From positions 1-64,000 of the IMG/VR virus record IMGVR_UViG_3300016482_000089: a stretch of 64,000 bases of DNA. The stretch is one strand, 5' to 3'. The position numbers and the translations under genes were made by a program. This DNA is from a virus. Lineage: Duplodnaviria; Caudoviricetes. Shown one piece after another: positions 13,770 through 23,385 of this stretch (position 1 is the stretch's first letter; each line of letters opens with the position of its first letter). The notes below the pieces were generated by a model, which did no database searches, had not been told where the DNA came from, and saw only the letters and a list, made by a program, of their open reading frames with translations.

Positions 13770-14492
13770 GTGTTCCCAAGAGACGTGATGGAGGCCATCC
13801 GCGCCGACGCGGTGGCGAGGTTCCCGCACGAGTCCTGCGGACTGGTGATCGAGGGCGAGGGCTACGTGCCGCTGCCGAACGTCGCCGCCGATCCCGCGGC
13901 CGATTTCGACATGGGCGCCACCGGCGCAGCGTTCATCGCCGCCGGCGGCGTGCTCGCGCTCGTCCACAGCCACGTCAACGGCCGGGACCACCCCTCCGCC
14001 GAGGATGTCCGCCAGCAGATCGCCTCCGGGATTCCCTGGGGCCTCGTCGTGACGGACGGCGAGGGGGCGTCGGAACCGGTCTTCTGGGGGGACGGCATCC
14101 CCGAGGTGCCCCTGGTCGGCCGGCCGTTCCGCTGGGGGCCGACCGGCACCGACGGACGTGGCGACTGCTTCGCACTGGTGCGTGACTACTACCGCGCCCG
14201 CGGCCTGCTGCTGCCGGAGATCCCCCGCGACGGGGACTGGCAGCGGTACAGCCCGCGCCTCTACGCCGATGGGTGGCGAGCGCACGGCTTCCGCGAGGTG
14301 AACCTGACCGACCTCCCGCCGGGCGGCGCCATCCTGTTCACGGTGCGGAACCGGGGCCTGCCGAACCATGCCGGCATCTGGCTCGGCGACGGGAAGCTCC
14401 TGCACCACCAGCAGAATCGCCTGTCCTGCGAGGAATTCCTCTCCGACTGGCGCCGGAGCGCCGTGGTCTGCCTGCAGCCGCCGGAGGCCTGA
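13770..14492 (+). CDS. Tail tip assembly protein K (JAB + NlpC/P60)
   Basis: PHESCG, VHSH, DCFALVRDYY, NHAGIWLGDGKLLHH. Confidence 0.9.
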   Translation: MFPRDVMEAIRADAVARFPHESCGLVIEGEGYVPLPNVAADPAADFDMGATGAAFIAAGGVLALVHSHVNGRDHPSAEDVRQQIASGIPWGLVVTDGEGASEPVFWGDGIPEVPLVGRPFRWGPTGTDGRGDCFALVRDYYRARGLLLPEIPRDGDWQRYSPRLYADGWRAHGFREVNLTDLPPGGAILFTVRNRGLPNHAGIWLGDGKLLHHQQNRLSCEEFLSDWRRSAVVCLQPPEA

Positions 14493-15175
14493 TGATCCAG
14501 AACATCCACCTGCATGGGGCGCTCGGACGGCGCTTCGGCCGCCTGCACGAGCTCGACGTCGCGACGCCGGCAGAGGCCGTCCAGGCGCTGAGCGTCCTGC
14601 GGCCGGGCTTCGCCGAGGCGATCCGCGAGGGCACCTGGCGCGTCGTGCGCGGTTCGCTGAAACGGGGACGGCGGCTGCGCGAAGCCGACCTCGGCATCAA
14701 TCTCGGCGGCGAGATGCACATCCTGGCCGCGCCGCGCGGCAGCGGCGGCGGCAGCGGCCAGTCCACCGCGAAGGTCGTCATCGGCGTCGCGCTGATCGCG
14801 GCGGCGTTCTGGCTGGCGCCGGCTGTGGCCACCGGTCTCGCCGGTGGCGCCGCCGCGGCACCGGGCACCGTCGCGGGCACGGCCGGCCTCGGCGGATCGG
14901 CGTTCGGCAGCGCGATGCTGGGCGGCTGGGGGATCTCCGGCACGCAGGTGGCGATGTTCGGCGCTGCAATGGCCTTCGCGGGCGCCTCGCAGCTGCTCTC
15001 TCCCGTTCCGAAGCCCTCCAGTTTCAGCCCGCAGGACACGAAGGCCTCCTTCCTGTTCTCCGGCGCCCTGAACTCGCCTGACCAGGGCGTCCCCGTGCCG
15101 CTGGCCTTCGGCCGCTGCCGTGTCGGCGGCGTCCTCGTCAGCGTCTCGTACGACACCGAGGATGTGCCGGTATGA
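14492..15175 (+). CDS. Tail tip assembly protein I
   Basis: IHLHGALGRRFGR...; SFLFSGALNSPDQGVPVPLAFG. Confidence 0.9.
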   Translation: MIQNIHLHGALGRRFGRLHELDVATPAEAVQALSVLRPGFAEAIREGTWRVVRGSLKRGRRLREADLGINLGGEMHILAAPRGSGGGSGQSTAKVVIGVALIAAAFWLAPAVATGLAGGAAAAPGTVAGTAGLGGSAFGSAMLGGWGISGTQVAMFGAAMAFAGASQLLSPVPKPSSFSPQDTKASFLFSGALNSPDQGVPVPLAFGRCRVGGVLVSVSYDTEDVPV

Positions 15176-18100
15176 ACGCGATCACCCCGATCGGTTCCGG
15201 CGGCGGTCCTTCCGCGCCGCCGAGGCCGTCGGAAGCGCCGAACACGCTCCGCGCGAAGCAGACGCTCCGCCTGCTATACCTCGTGTCGGAGGGCACCTGC
15301 CTCGGGCTGATCGACGGAGGGAAGTCGATCTTCATCGGCGACACGCCGCTGGTCGCCGCCGACGGCACCGCGAACTTCCAGGGTGTCCGCTGGGAGGTGC
15401 GCGACGGGTCGCCCGGGCAGGAGCCGATCTCCGGCATACCGCTGAACGTCAGCGCCCTCACCTCGGTCGGCCAGAAGGTGACCGTCTCCGGCGGGCCGGT
15501 TGTGCGGGTGGTAGACTGCACCGGGGCCGACCGGCTCAAGCTGACCGTGCAGGTCCCGGCGCTGTTCCGGGTGGACCAGGGCACCGGCGACCAGTCCGGT
15601 GCCATGGTCGAGTTCGCCTTCGAGTGGCGAGTGGCGGGCACCAGCGGCGCCTGGCTCCTGCTCGCCCAGGCCACCATCGAGGGGAAGTGCGTCGCCCCCT
15701 ACGCCCGTCAGATCAGCGTCGCCGTGCCGAGCGCCGGGCAAATCGAGCTTCGCATGCGGCGGCTGTCGGGCGATTCTACCAGCCAGTACCACCAGACCGA
15801 CATCTACTGGCAATCCTTCGCGACAGTCGTTGACCGGAAGCTGTCCTATCCCGGGTCGGCCATGGTCGCGCTCGAGGTCGACGCAGAGCAGTTCGGCTCC
15901 TCGACGGACAACGTCACGTTCGACTGGGGCGGGTTGTTCTGCTCGGTCCCCGTCAACTACGACCCGGAGACCGCGACATACACCGGCGGCGCCGGATCCT
16001 GGAACGGGGTCTTCAAGAAGGCCTACACCAGCAACCCCGCCTGGATCCTCTACACGCTGCTGACCGACCCGGATTGGGGTTGCGGCGCGCTGATGACCGG
16101 AACCTCGGTGGCCGGCTCGAAATGGCTCTTCCATTCGATCGCGCAGTACTGCGACGAACTGGTCCCCGACGGTTTTGGCGGCCAGGAGCGGCGCTACACC
16201 TTCAACACCTGGATCAACACCCGTGACGAGGCGATGCGGGTGGCCACCGCGATCGCGACCGCCTTCCGCGGGATGCTCTACTGGGGCGCCGGCGTCGTCG
16301 TTCCCGTCGCCGACCAGCCGCGGCCGGTGGTGAAGGACGTCAACCCGACCAACGTCCTCGACGGCATCTTCGAGTACGAGGGCTCGTCATTCCGCGCGCG
16401 GCATTCGGTCGTGAAGGTGCGGTGGCGCGATCCGGCGCTCGGGCACCGCGAGACGATCGAGGTCGTGGAGGATCCGGATCTCGTCGCCATCATCGGTGTG
16501 CGCGAGACCGAGTACGAGGCGTTCGGCTGCACCAGCCGCAGCCTCGCGCGGCGCCTCGGCCGATGGGTGCTCTACACCGAGAAGCACGAGACGACGCTGG
16601 TCCGCTACCGCGCTTCGCTCGACCATGCCGGGCTTCGCCCCGGCGAGGTCGTCGCCATCCAGGACCCGAGCCTCGCAGGGGCCGCGTTCAGCGGGCGCCT
16701 GCTTGCGGTCGATTCCGCCACCGCGGTGACGCTCGATCGCGAGGTCGAACTGTCGGCGGGGCAGACCTACCAGCTCCGGGTGGCCCTGCCCCAGGGGGGG
16801 CTGTCCTCGCTGATCCCGATCAGCAATACGCTGCCGGCGACGACGCGCACCCTCACCCTCGGCTCCGCCATGCCGGCCATGCCCGAGCCGGGCGCGGTGT
16901 GGACCATCGTCGCCTCGAATCTGGCGCCGACGACCTTCGCCGTGCTCGCGGTCGAAGAGGAGGCGCCGATGGTCTACGCCGTCACGGCGCTCCAGCACCA
17001 TGCGGCGAAGTACGGTTTCGTGGACCAGGGGCTCGCGCTGACGGACGAGCCCTACACGATCTTCCGCGACTATGGCGCGGGGCTCGCGCCGCCGAGCAAC
17101 CCGACCGCCGTCGAGTGGATCACTGGCACCGGCGCGACAACGCTCTGCCGGGTCGACTTCTCCTGGACCGCGCCGGTGAATGATCCTCGCGTCACCGGAT
17201 TTGAGGCTCAGGCCCTGTCCGGCGGCGTGCTCAAGCAGGCGCTGGCCAGCCGGTCGGCAACCGTCACCTTCCTGGATCTCACGCCGGGGCCCTACACCTT
17301 CCAGGTGCGCGCCGTCGGCGCCGGCGGCCTGGTCTCCGCGTGGGTGGCGACAGACGAGATGGTCGTGGACGGCCTTGCCGACCCACCGGCCGGCCCGGCG
17401 GGGCTGGCTGCCCTCGGCGGGGTGCGGACCATCGCCATGCGCTGGAACGCCTCGGCGGACCGGCTTTACCGCGACACCGAGGTCTGGGCGTCCAGCACCT
17501 CGACCTTCTCGGCTGGCGCGATCGTCGGCCGGACCTCCGGCCGCGAGTTCATCCACACCGGGCTCAGCCCGAACGTGACGCGCCACTACTGGGTCCGGCA
17601 CGTCAACACGCTAGGCCAGACCTCGGCCTGGGTCGGCCCCGTCAGCGCGACCACGAGCCTTCTGATCGCCGCCGACATCCAGGACGGAATCGTCAGCACC
17701 GCCAAGTTCGCGAGTTCCATCGCGCCGGTCGGGCTCGTCACCTCGGTCCCGACGAGCAAGGGGACCAACCCGGACGTCATCTTCAATCAGACGGATGGGC
17801 AGCTCTACCGCTGGAATGGCTCAAGTTACGTCCGCAGCGTTCCGGCTGCCGACATCGTGGGCGAACTCACCGACAGCCAGATCGCCTCGCTCGCCGCGGC
17901 GAAGCTCACCGGCCAGATCACCCAGACCCAGATCACCGACGGCGCGATCTCGACGCCGAAGCTCGCCGCCGGCGCGGTGGATGCTAACAAGATCGCGGCC
18001 GGCGCCATCACCACCGAGAAGCTCTCGGTCGGCAGCGCGAACGTCCTCTGGAACTCGTGCCTGACCCTCGACACGGCCGGCTGGTCGATCTCGGCCAGCA

Positions 18101-19128
18101 TGGCGCCCGGTCGCAATCCCTCTCTCAGCGCGGCCAAGCAGACCTTCCCCGCCTGGGTGCCCCAGGACGTGGGCGGCGGCGCGATCGAGATCACGGTGCC
18201 GGCCGGCGCTACGGTCGCCACCAGCGAGTTCGCGTCGGCGGAGTGGGAGCGGGTGAGCGTGCTGCCGAGCACCCGCTACCACTTCTCGGCGCTCGTCGGG
18301 CCCCACCGCATCCGCGCCAGGGTGCAGATCAACTGGTTCGATGGCGCTGACAGCTACATCACCTCGACCTTCGGCAACGAGGTGACAGGCCCGAGCGGCG
18401 GCCTGTGGGACGACCAGTTCGGGCGATCCTCGATCATCACGACGAGCCCCGCGAATGCCCGGTTCGCGCGCCTGGTCATTGTCGGCATCGGGACCGGAAC
18501 GCCGAACGCCTTCGCCAACTCCTACGTCTTCTTCACGAAGGCGATGTTCGGACAGGCGCCGTCGAATGCCACGGAGGCGCCCGTCTGGTCGCCGGGCGGT
18601 GTGACCGAAATCTCGGGCGGTATGGTGCGCGCCCGCACCCTCGCGGCCGACCGGCTGATGGCCAACTCGATCACCGCTGGCGAGCTCGCCGCCAACAGCG
18701 TGGTCGCCGGCAAGATCGCCGCTGGCGCTGTCAGCGCCGACCAGATCGCGGCGGGCGAGATCCGCGCCGTCCACATGGCCTCCGAGACGATCATCACCCA
18801 GGCGGCGCAGCTCGGGACCGCGGTGGTGGGCCAGGCGCAGATCGCCAGCGCCGCAATCACCAACGCGAAGATCGGCAACCTCGAAGTCGATACGCTCAAG
18901 ATTGCGAATGGCGCGATCAGCGGCTTCATCGGCGCCTCGGCGGCCGTCAACGCAAGCGTCAACCGGAATCCGGGTGTCAGTTACGTCCACGCTTCGACGG
19001 TCGGGATATCCGTGTCGCTGGCGGGAGACGGCCGAGCCATGATCATCACGCGAAACTTCGGCGTGAAGATCAGCGGCGCCCCCGCCGTGGGCGGCGACGG
19101 CCCGGGTGACGGCGGCAGCGGGGAGTAG
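15172..19128 (+). CDS. Central tail fibre/host specificity protein J
   Basis: AYTSNPAWILY, FRGMLYWGAG, FEYEGSS motifs; FN3-like domains; ITxxKLAAGAV repeats. Confidence 0.9.
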   Translation: MNAITPIGSGGGPSAPPRPSEAPNTLRAKQTLRLLYLVSEGTCLGLIDGGKSIFIGDTPLVAADGTANFQGVRWEVRDGSPGQEPISGIPLNVSALTSVGQKVTVSGGPVVRVVDCTGADRLKLTVQVPALFRVDQGTGDQSGAMVEFAFEWRVAGTSGAWLLLAQATIEGKCVAPYARQISVAVPSAGQIELRMRRLSGDSTSQYHQTDIYWQSFATVVDRKLSYPGSAMVALEVDAEQFGSSTDNVTFDWGGLFCSVPVNYDPETATYTGGAGSWNGVFKKAYTSNPAWILYTLLTDPDWGCGALMTGTSVAGSKWLFHSIAQYCDELVPDGFGGQERRYTFNTWINTRDEAMRVATAIATAFRGMLYWGAGVVVPVADQPRPVVKDVNPTNVLDGIFEYEGSSFRARHSVVKVRWRDPALGHRETIEVVEDPDLVAIIGVRETEYEAFGCTSRSLARRLGRWVLYTEKHETTLVRYRASLDHAGLRPGEVVAIQDPSLAGAAFSGRLLAVDSATAVTLDREVELSAGQTYQLRVALPQGGLSSLIPISNTLPATTRTLTLGSAMPAMPEPGAVWTIVASNLAPTTFAVLAVEEEAPMVYAVTALQHHAAKYGFVDQGLALTDEPYTIFRDYGAGLAPPSNPTAVEWITGTGATTLCRVDFSWTAPVNDPRVTGFEAQALSGGVLKQALASRSATVTFLDLTPGPYTFQVRAVGAGGLVSAWVATDEMVVDGLADPPAGPAGLAALGGVRTIAMRWNASADRLYRDTEVWASSTSTFSAGAIVGRTSGREFIHTGLSPNVTRHYWVRHVNTLGQTSAWVGPVSATTSLLIAADIQDGIVSTAKFASSIAPVGLVTSVPTSKGTNPDVIFNQTDGQLYRWNGSSYVRSVPAADIVGELTDSQIASLAAAKLTGQITQTQITDGAISTPKLAAGAVDANKIAAGAITTEKLSVGSANVLWNSCLTLDTAGWSISASMAPGRNPSLSAAKQTFPAWVPQDVGGGAIEITVPAGATVATSEFASAEWERVSVLPSTRYHFSALVGPHRIRARVQINWFDGADSYITSTFGNEVTGPSGGLWDDQFGRSSIITTSPANARFARLVIVGIGTGTPNAFANSYVFFTKAMFGQAPSNATEAPVWSPGGVTEISGGMVRARTLAADRLMANSITAGELAANSVVAGKIAAGAVSADQIAAGEIRAVHMASETIITQAAQLGTAVVGQAQIASAAITNAKIGNLEVDTLKIANGAISGFIGASAAVNASVNRNPGVSYVHASTVGISVSLAGDGRAMIITRNFGVKISGAPAVGGDGPGDGGSGE

Positions 19129-19131
19129 GGC

Positions 19132-19380
19132 ATGGCGATTCCCGCGAATTTCGCGCAGCGCGTCGGCGTCGCGCTCATGCGCCAGAATGTGGCCAGCGGC
19201 GAGTGGTTCCTGGTGCGCTGGGTCGCCATGAACGCCACCGACGTGACGCTCGATGCCCCCGGTCCCGGCAACTACCGGTACGAGCTGTGGCTGGTCATCG
19301 GCGGCGATCAGCCGGAACTGCAGATCTCGTCGCTGGGGTGGGAGATCCACTCCGTCGTGGTGATGGAGACGAAGAGGTGA
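19132..19380 (+). CDS. Small ORF in frame with J (possible detached J C-terminal domain)
   Basis: Same frame as J, separated by TAG GGC; ends VVVMETKR. Confidence 0.55.
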   Translation: MAIPANFAQRVGVALMRQNVASGEWFLVRWVAMNATDVTLDAPGPGNYRYELWLVIGGDQPELQISSLGWEIHSVVVMETKR

Positions 19381-19970
19381 GCCTGATCCAGTTCGTCTGC
19401 GTCAATGCGGAGGGCCGGGTCGTTCAGGTCGGGACTTGCCGGCCCAGCGAACTCGAGCTGCAGGTGCCGCCCGCGGGCGGGCAGGTCATCGAGGTTCCCG
19501 AGGGGGTCGGCCCCGTCGGGCCGGTGGGCTGGCAGCTGGTGGATGGGGAACTGGTCCACGCGCCGGACCCGGTCCCGATCGCAGATCTGCGCCAGCAAGC
19601 GCTCCGCCGCATTGATAAGGCCGCGGAGTTGGCTCGCCTGCGCTTCCTGACGCCAGGCGAAGGGCAGAGCCTCGAGTACCGCGCGTCCGAGGAGGATGCG
19701 CGCCGCTATGTGGCCGCGGGGTGCCCGACGCCGCTCGCCCAGGCGACGTACCCGTTCCTCTGGGCGGAGGTCGCCGCGCAGGAGGCTGCTCTCGGGGCCT
19801 CGCCCTCTCCCGCCGCCGTCGCGGCGGAGGTGATCTCGCAGGCGGAGGCCTGGATTGCCGCAGGCGCGGAGATCAAGCGGTTGCGGCGGACGGCGAAGCT
19901 GGCGGTGGCGCAGGCCGGCACGCCCGCGGCGATTCAGGCGGCCGAAGTCGTCGAGTGGCCTGAACCGTAA
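19377..19970 (+). CDS. Tail fibre assembly/chaperone-like protein
   Basis: GTG overlaps previous stop; RIDKAAELARLRFLTPGEGQSLEY...EARRY...EIKRLRRTAK pattern. Confidence 0.6.
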   Translation: MSLIQFVCVNAEGRVVQVGTCRPSELELQVPPAGGQVIEVPEGVGPVGPVGWQLVDGELVHAPDPVPIADLRQQALRRIDKAAELARLRFLTPGEGQSLEYRASEEDARRYVAAGCPTPLAQATYPFLWAEVAAQEAALGASPSPAAVAAEVISQAEAWIAAGAEIKRLRRTAKLAVAQAGTPAAIQAAEVVEWPEP

Positions 19971-19982
19971 AGGGGGATCCAC

Positions 19983-20366
19983 ATGATGGCAGGATGGGAG
20001 GCGCCCCTGCTCGGGGCGCTGCTGGGGATGCTCGTCGCCTTCGTGGGCGGGTACCGGGCGGCCGCGGGGCGGCTCTCCGCCCTGGAACGGGATGTCGCCA
20101 CCCTCCGGCAGCAGGCGGTCTCCACCGAGAAGGCGGCCGCGCTGGAAACGCTCTCGCTGAAGCGGGACGTCGACGCGCTGCAGCACCGCCAGAAGGACTG
20201 CGTCACCGCCTACGAGCTCGAGCGGCGGTGGGAGACCTGGGCGGCCCGCAAGGACGAGCTGCGGCGCCGGATCGTCGCGGTGGAGACCCGGGTGTGGGGC
20301 TGGAACCTCGATGGGCTCCCGGCCCCGAGCCAGGTGCAGATCATGCGCAACGACGGGGAGGGGTGA
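19983..20366 (+). CDS. Membrane-anchored coiled-coil protein (lysis region)
   Basis: N-terminal TM segment followed by heptad-like region. Confidence 0.55.
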   Translation: MMAGWEAPLLGALLGMLVAFVGGYRAAAGRLSALERDVATLRQQAVSTEKAAALETLSLKRDVDALQHRQKDCVTAYELERRWETWAARKDELRRRIVAVETRVWGWNLDGLPAPSQVQIMRNDGEG

Positions 20367-20367
20367 C

Positions 20368-21048
20368 ATGGCCATCTGGGACAGGAAGGCCGCGCCCGCG
20401 GCCGCGGTCGCCATCATCCGGGCGACGGAGGGGCTGCACCTCACGCCCTACGACGACAATGGCAGCCGGCCCGGCGGGACCTGGACCATCGGGATCGGCG
20501 CGACGCGCGACCTGGCCGGACAGCCGGTGACGCCGCGGACGCCGCCGATCACGCAGGAGCAGGCCGAGCAGCTGCTGCGCCGCGACATGGGCTTCGCCGT
20601 GCGCGCGGTCGCGCGGACCTTCTCGGTGGAGCTGACGGAGGACCAGGCCGGGGCGCTGATCTCGCTGGCCTTCAACCTCGGCAGTTTCGCCGAGGCGGAG
20701 ACGATGGTCAGCCTCGTGCAGACGGGGCAGTGGCAGCTCGCCGCCCAGCAGTTCCGCGCCTACCGGAACCAGGAGGGCAGGCCGGTGCTCGGGCTGCGCC
20801 GCCGGCGCTGGGTGGAGGCCTCGGTCTTCCTGAACGGCGCGGACGCGATCGCCGCCTGGGAGGAGGCCCAGCAGCGGATCCGGACGGTGGACGACTGGCC
20901 GCCGCTCGCCGGGGGCGGCGGTGCGCCGGCTCCCGTGCCGCCCAGGCCTGCCGCGCCGGCGGCGGCGCGGCCGGTCCCGCTGTCCGAGGCCGACCAGCTG
21001 AACCAGCGCGAGCTCGATCGCATCCGGGGGGGGCGAAGTCATGGATGA
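20368..21048 (+). CDS. Endolysin (GH24 lysozyme)
   Basis: EGLHLTPYDD...TWTIGIG catalytic E/D/T; ALISLAFNLG; GLRRRRWVE. Confidence 0.9.
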   Translation: MAIWDRKAAPAAAVAIIRATEGLHLTPYDDNGSRPGGTWTIGIGATRDLAGQPVTPRTPPITQEQAEQLLRRDMGFAVRAVARTFSVELTEDQAGALISLAFNLGSFAEAETMVSLVQTGQWQLAAQQFRAYRNQEGRPVLGLRRRRWVEASVFLNGADAIAAWEEAQQRIRTVDDWPPLAGGGGAPAPVPPRPAAPAAARPVPLSEADQLNQRELDRIRGGRSHG

Positions 21049-21583
21049 GCAGCTGAAGGCCGCGCTCGGCGCGGTGGCGCCGGCGGTGGCGACGGCGCTC
21101 GGCGGGCCGCTGGCGGGGGTGGCGGCGACGGTCCTCGGGCGGGTGCTGCTCGGCAAGCCGGAGAGCGCCGCCACGACGCTCCAGGAGGCGCAGGAGGCGG
21201 TGACGCGGGCGGTGGCGACGCCGGAGGGCCTGGCGAAGCTGCGGGAGGCGGAGGCGCGGCTGCTGGAGCTGGAGAGCCAGCTGACCATCCGCCTCGAGGA
21301 GGTCGCCGCCGGCGACCGGGCGAGCGCCCGGGCGCGGGAGATCGCGCTGCGGGACCGGACGCCGATGGTGCTGGCGGTGCTGGCGGTGACCGGTTTCTTC
21401 GGGATCCTCGGCTACATGCTCGTGGTCGGGGTGCCGCGGGGGATGCAGGGCAGCGAGGCGCTGATCCTGATGCTCGGGGCCCTGGGCACGATCGTGGCGC
21501 AGGTGTTCAACTACTACTTCGGGTCGAGCAGCGGCTCGAAGGAGAAGACGGCGGCGATCGCGGCGGCGGCGACGCGCCGGTAG
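21041..21583 (+). CDS. Holin-like membrane protein (3TM/GTA-release type)
   Basis: DRASARAREI...TPMVLA, two C-terminal TM segments, VFNYYFGSSSGSKEK. Confidence 0.7.
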   Translation: MDEQLKAALGAVAPAVATALGGPLAGVAATVLGRVLLGKPESAATTLQEAQEAVTRAVATPEGLAKLREAEARLLELESQLTIRLEEVAAGDRASARAREIALRDRTPMVLAVLAVTGFFGILGYMLVVGVPRGMQGSEALILMLGALGTIVAQVFNYYFGSSSGSKEKTAAIAAAATRR

Positions 21584-21696
21584 CGGCCGGACGGGATCCT
21601 CGCGACCGCGGAGGCGACTCTCCCAGCCATCGTCAACCAGGTCGCGAGGTAGGGGCGGCGCGGCGTGACCCGGCGCCGGCCGCCCCGCCGAAATTC

Positions 21697-21749
21697 AGAA
21701 GGCCCGCCGGGCCCTGGGGGTCATCCCCTGGGGCCCGGCGGGCCTTTCT
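21697..21749. terminator. Long hairpin, probable bidirectional terminator between convergent late and early transcription
   Basis: AGAAGGCCCGCCGGGCCC...GGGCCCGGCGGGCCTTTCT. Confidence 0.7.
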
Positions 21750-21987
21750 GCGTTCCGGGCAGGGCGAGCAGGCCAGGCTCGCTCAGCAGGAGGCCGTCGG
21801 GCTGGCGGCGGAGGGTGACCGGGGCGCCGCAGCACTCGCAGGTGAGGCTCTGCACCGGCAGGGTGGGGTCGTAGCGGCTGTCGCCGCGGCAGGTCCCGCA
21901 GGCGAAGACCGGCTGCCCGCTGGCGCGCTGCGCGGCGCGGAGCGCCTTCAGGCGGGCGAGAGTGCGGAGCCAGAGCTCGGCTGTCAC
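21721..21987 (-). CDS. Small Zn-ribbon protein
   Basis: CGTC...CECCG; GTG start coupled to upstream stop. Confidence 0.45.
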   Translation of the reverse strand: MTAELWLRTLARLKALRAAQRASGQPVFACGTCRGDSRYDPTLPVQSLTCECCGAPVTLRRQPDGLLLSEPGLLALPGTQKGPPGPRG

Positions 21988-22316
21988 CGCACGATCCCCT
22001 TCGCGCGCAGCACCGGCCCCAGCGCGTCCATCGCCTCGCGCCAGAGCCGGGCGTCGCCCTTCTGCGTCCGCACCTGCGGGTCGGGTGCCGTGCCGCGCTC
22101 GCCCCAGATGCGGAGGATCCGGGCGTGGCCGAGCTCGATGCGGCGCTGCCGGTAGAGCCGGTCGAGCGCCTTCACGACGTCGTCCGGCTCGCAGGGGCGG
22201 ATGACGGTCGCGCTGTCCGCCCGCCGTTCGCCGTCGCGCCGCGCCGCGAGGCAGGCCATCGTCCAGAACCACGCCTCCTCGGCGGAGGGGAACGGCGAGG
22301 CCGACTCAGGCGGCAT
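21984..22316 (-). CDS. Conserved hypothetical protein
   Basis: SAEEAWFWTM...PCEPDDVVKALDRLYRQRRI resembles a family I recall from Acetobacteraceae. Confidence 0.65.
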   Translation of the reverse strand: MPPESASPFPSAEEAWFWTMACLAARRDGERRADSATVIRPCEPDDVVKALDRLYRQRRIELGHARILRIWGERGTAPDPQVRTQKGDARLWREAMDALGPVLRAKGIVR

Positions 22317-22905
22317 CGGCCGGCGCCGCCATCTGCTCGAGCTCGGCGACGCTGATCCGCCGGAAGGACCAGAGCTGCAGGTCCGGCCCGTTGAAGATCT
22401 GGCCGTGCTGCCGGACGAGCCGGTTCACGCGCTCGTCCGATCCGGGTCCGGAGGCGAGGCCGAGGATCTTCGGCGCCAGGCGGTAGCCGCCTGGGGGGAT
22501 CACGTAGAGCCGGAGGGTGCCGGCCGCCTCGGCGCGCTGCAGGCCGATGCAGGCCCGGTAGGCGACGAGCGCGCAGGCGGGGTGCATGGGCAGGCCGTCG
22601 CTGACCAGCGGCATGCCCTCGAGGGTCGCCCCGGTGGTGGTGCAGATCCGCTCCGTGCCGAGGCGTTCGCAGCAGATCTGGCAGAGGTCGCCGGCGATGA
22701 CCGCGCGCGCCCGGTCGCCGTGGATGATCTTGAACAGCGGCCGGCCCTGGCCGGGCAGGTTCGGGCCGTCGCTGGTGAACTTCAGGAGGCCGTGCGGCCC
22801 GCAGCGCCAGAGGACGACGCGGGGGTTCCGCTGCTCCTGCTCGACGGACCAGGCCGCGGTGATCGGGACGGGGATGGCGCCGTAGCGCTGGGGGGTGAGG
22901 TTCAC
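22306..22905 (-). CDS. Hypothetical Cys/His-containing protein
   Basis: CQICC and HPAC motifs; GTG start overlapping upstream TGA. Confidence 0.6.
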   Translation of the reverse strand: MNLTPQRYGAIPVPITAAWSVEQEQRNPRVVLWRCGPHGLLKFTSDGPNLPGQGRPLFKIIHGDRARAVIAGDLCQICCERLGTERICTTTGATLEGMPLVSDGLPMHPACALVAYRACIGLQRAEAAGTLRLYVIPPGGYRLAPKILGLASGPGSDERVNRLVRQHGQIFNGPDLQLWSFRRISVAELEQMAAPADAA

Positions 22906-23117
22906 GGGCTGGCCTTGCGCGCCTCGAGCGCGACGAGGACCGAGCGGACGATCGGGGCGTAGATCTGGGCGCGGCCGCGCAGCTTCTGGCCGTTGTCCTC
23001 GTCGGCGGCGATCATCTGCTCGGCGCCGCCGGCGCCCAGGCGGTCGCGGTAGACGGCCTCGGCGAGGTCGGCGACGAGGGTCTCGTCGGGGCGGAATTCG
23101 GGCGGGCGCGGTGACAT
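22902..23117 (-). CDS. Hypothetical protein
   Basis: AGGAGAG RBS, 71 aa. Confidence 0.55.
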   Translation of the reverse strand: MSPRPPEFRPDETLVADLAEAVYRDRLGAGGAEQMIAADEDNGQKLRGRAQIYAPIVRSVLVALEARKASP

Positions 23118-23385
23118 GCGGGGCTCTCCTGGGTGGGGCCGGACGATGCCACATCGTTTTGTGATACTCAAAGGGTAGCCGTGTATTTTCCACGACCGGA
23201 CGTGGTCGGTCGGCGCGGTGCTGGCGCTGGCCGCGGCGGCGTGGAAGGGTGGCGGAACAGCGAGAGCGATGCGGCGTTGGGACGAGGCGGGTCACCCCTG
23301 CCCCGCGAGGGGGCCGGCCTATACGCCGCCTAATTTTGATTATGGAAACCCGGCGCGCCTTCGCCGCGCGCCCGATCCCGCGCCC

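Noticed and set aside
15172-19970. Diversity-generating retroelement or invertible tail-fibre cassette
   Set aside because: No reverse transcriptase, template repeat, invertase or inverted crossover sites seen
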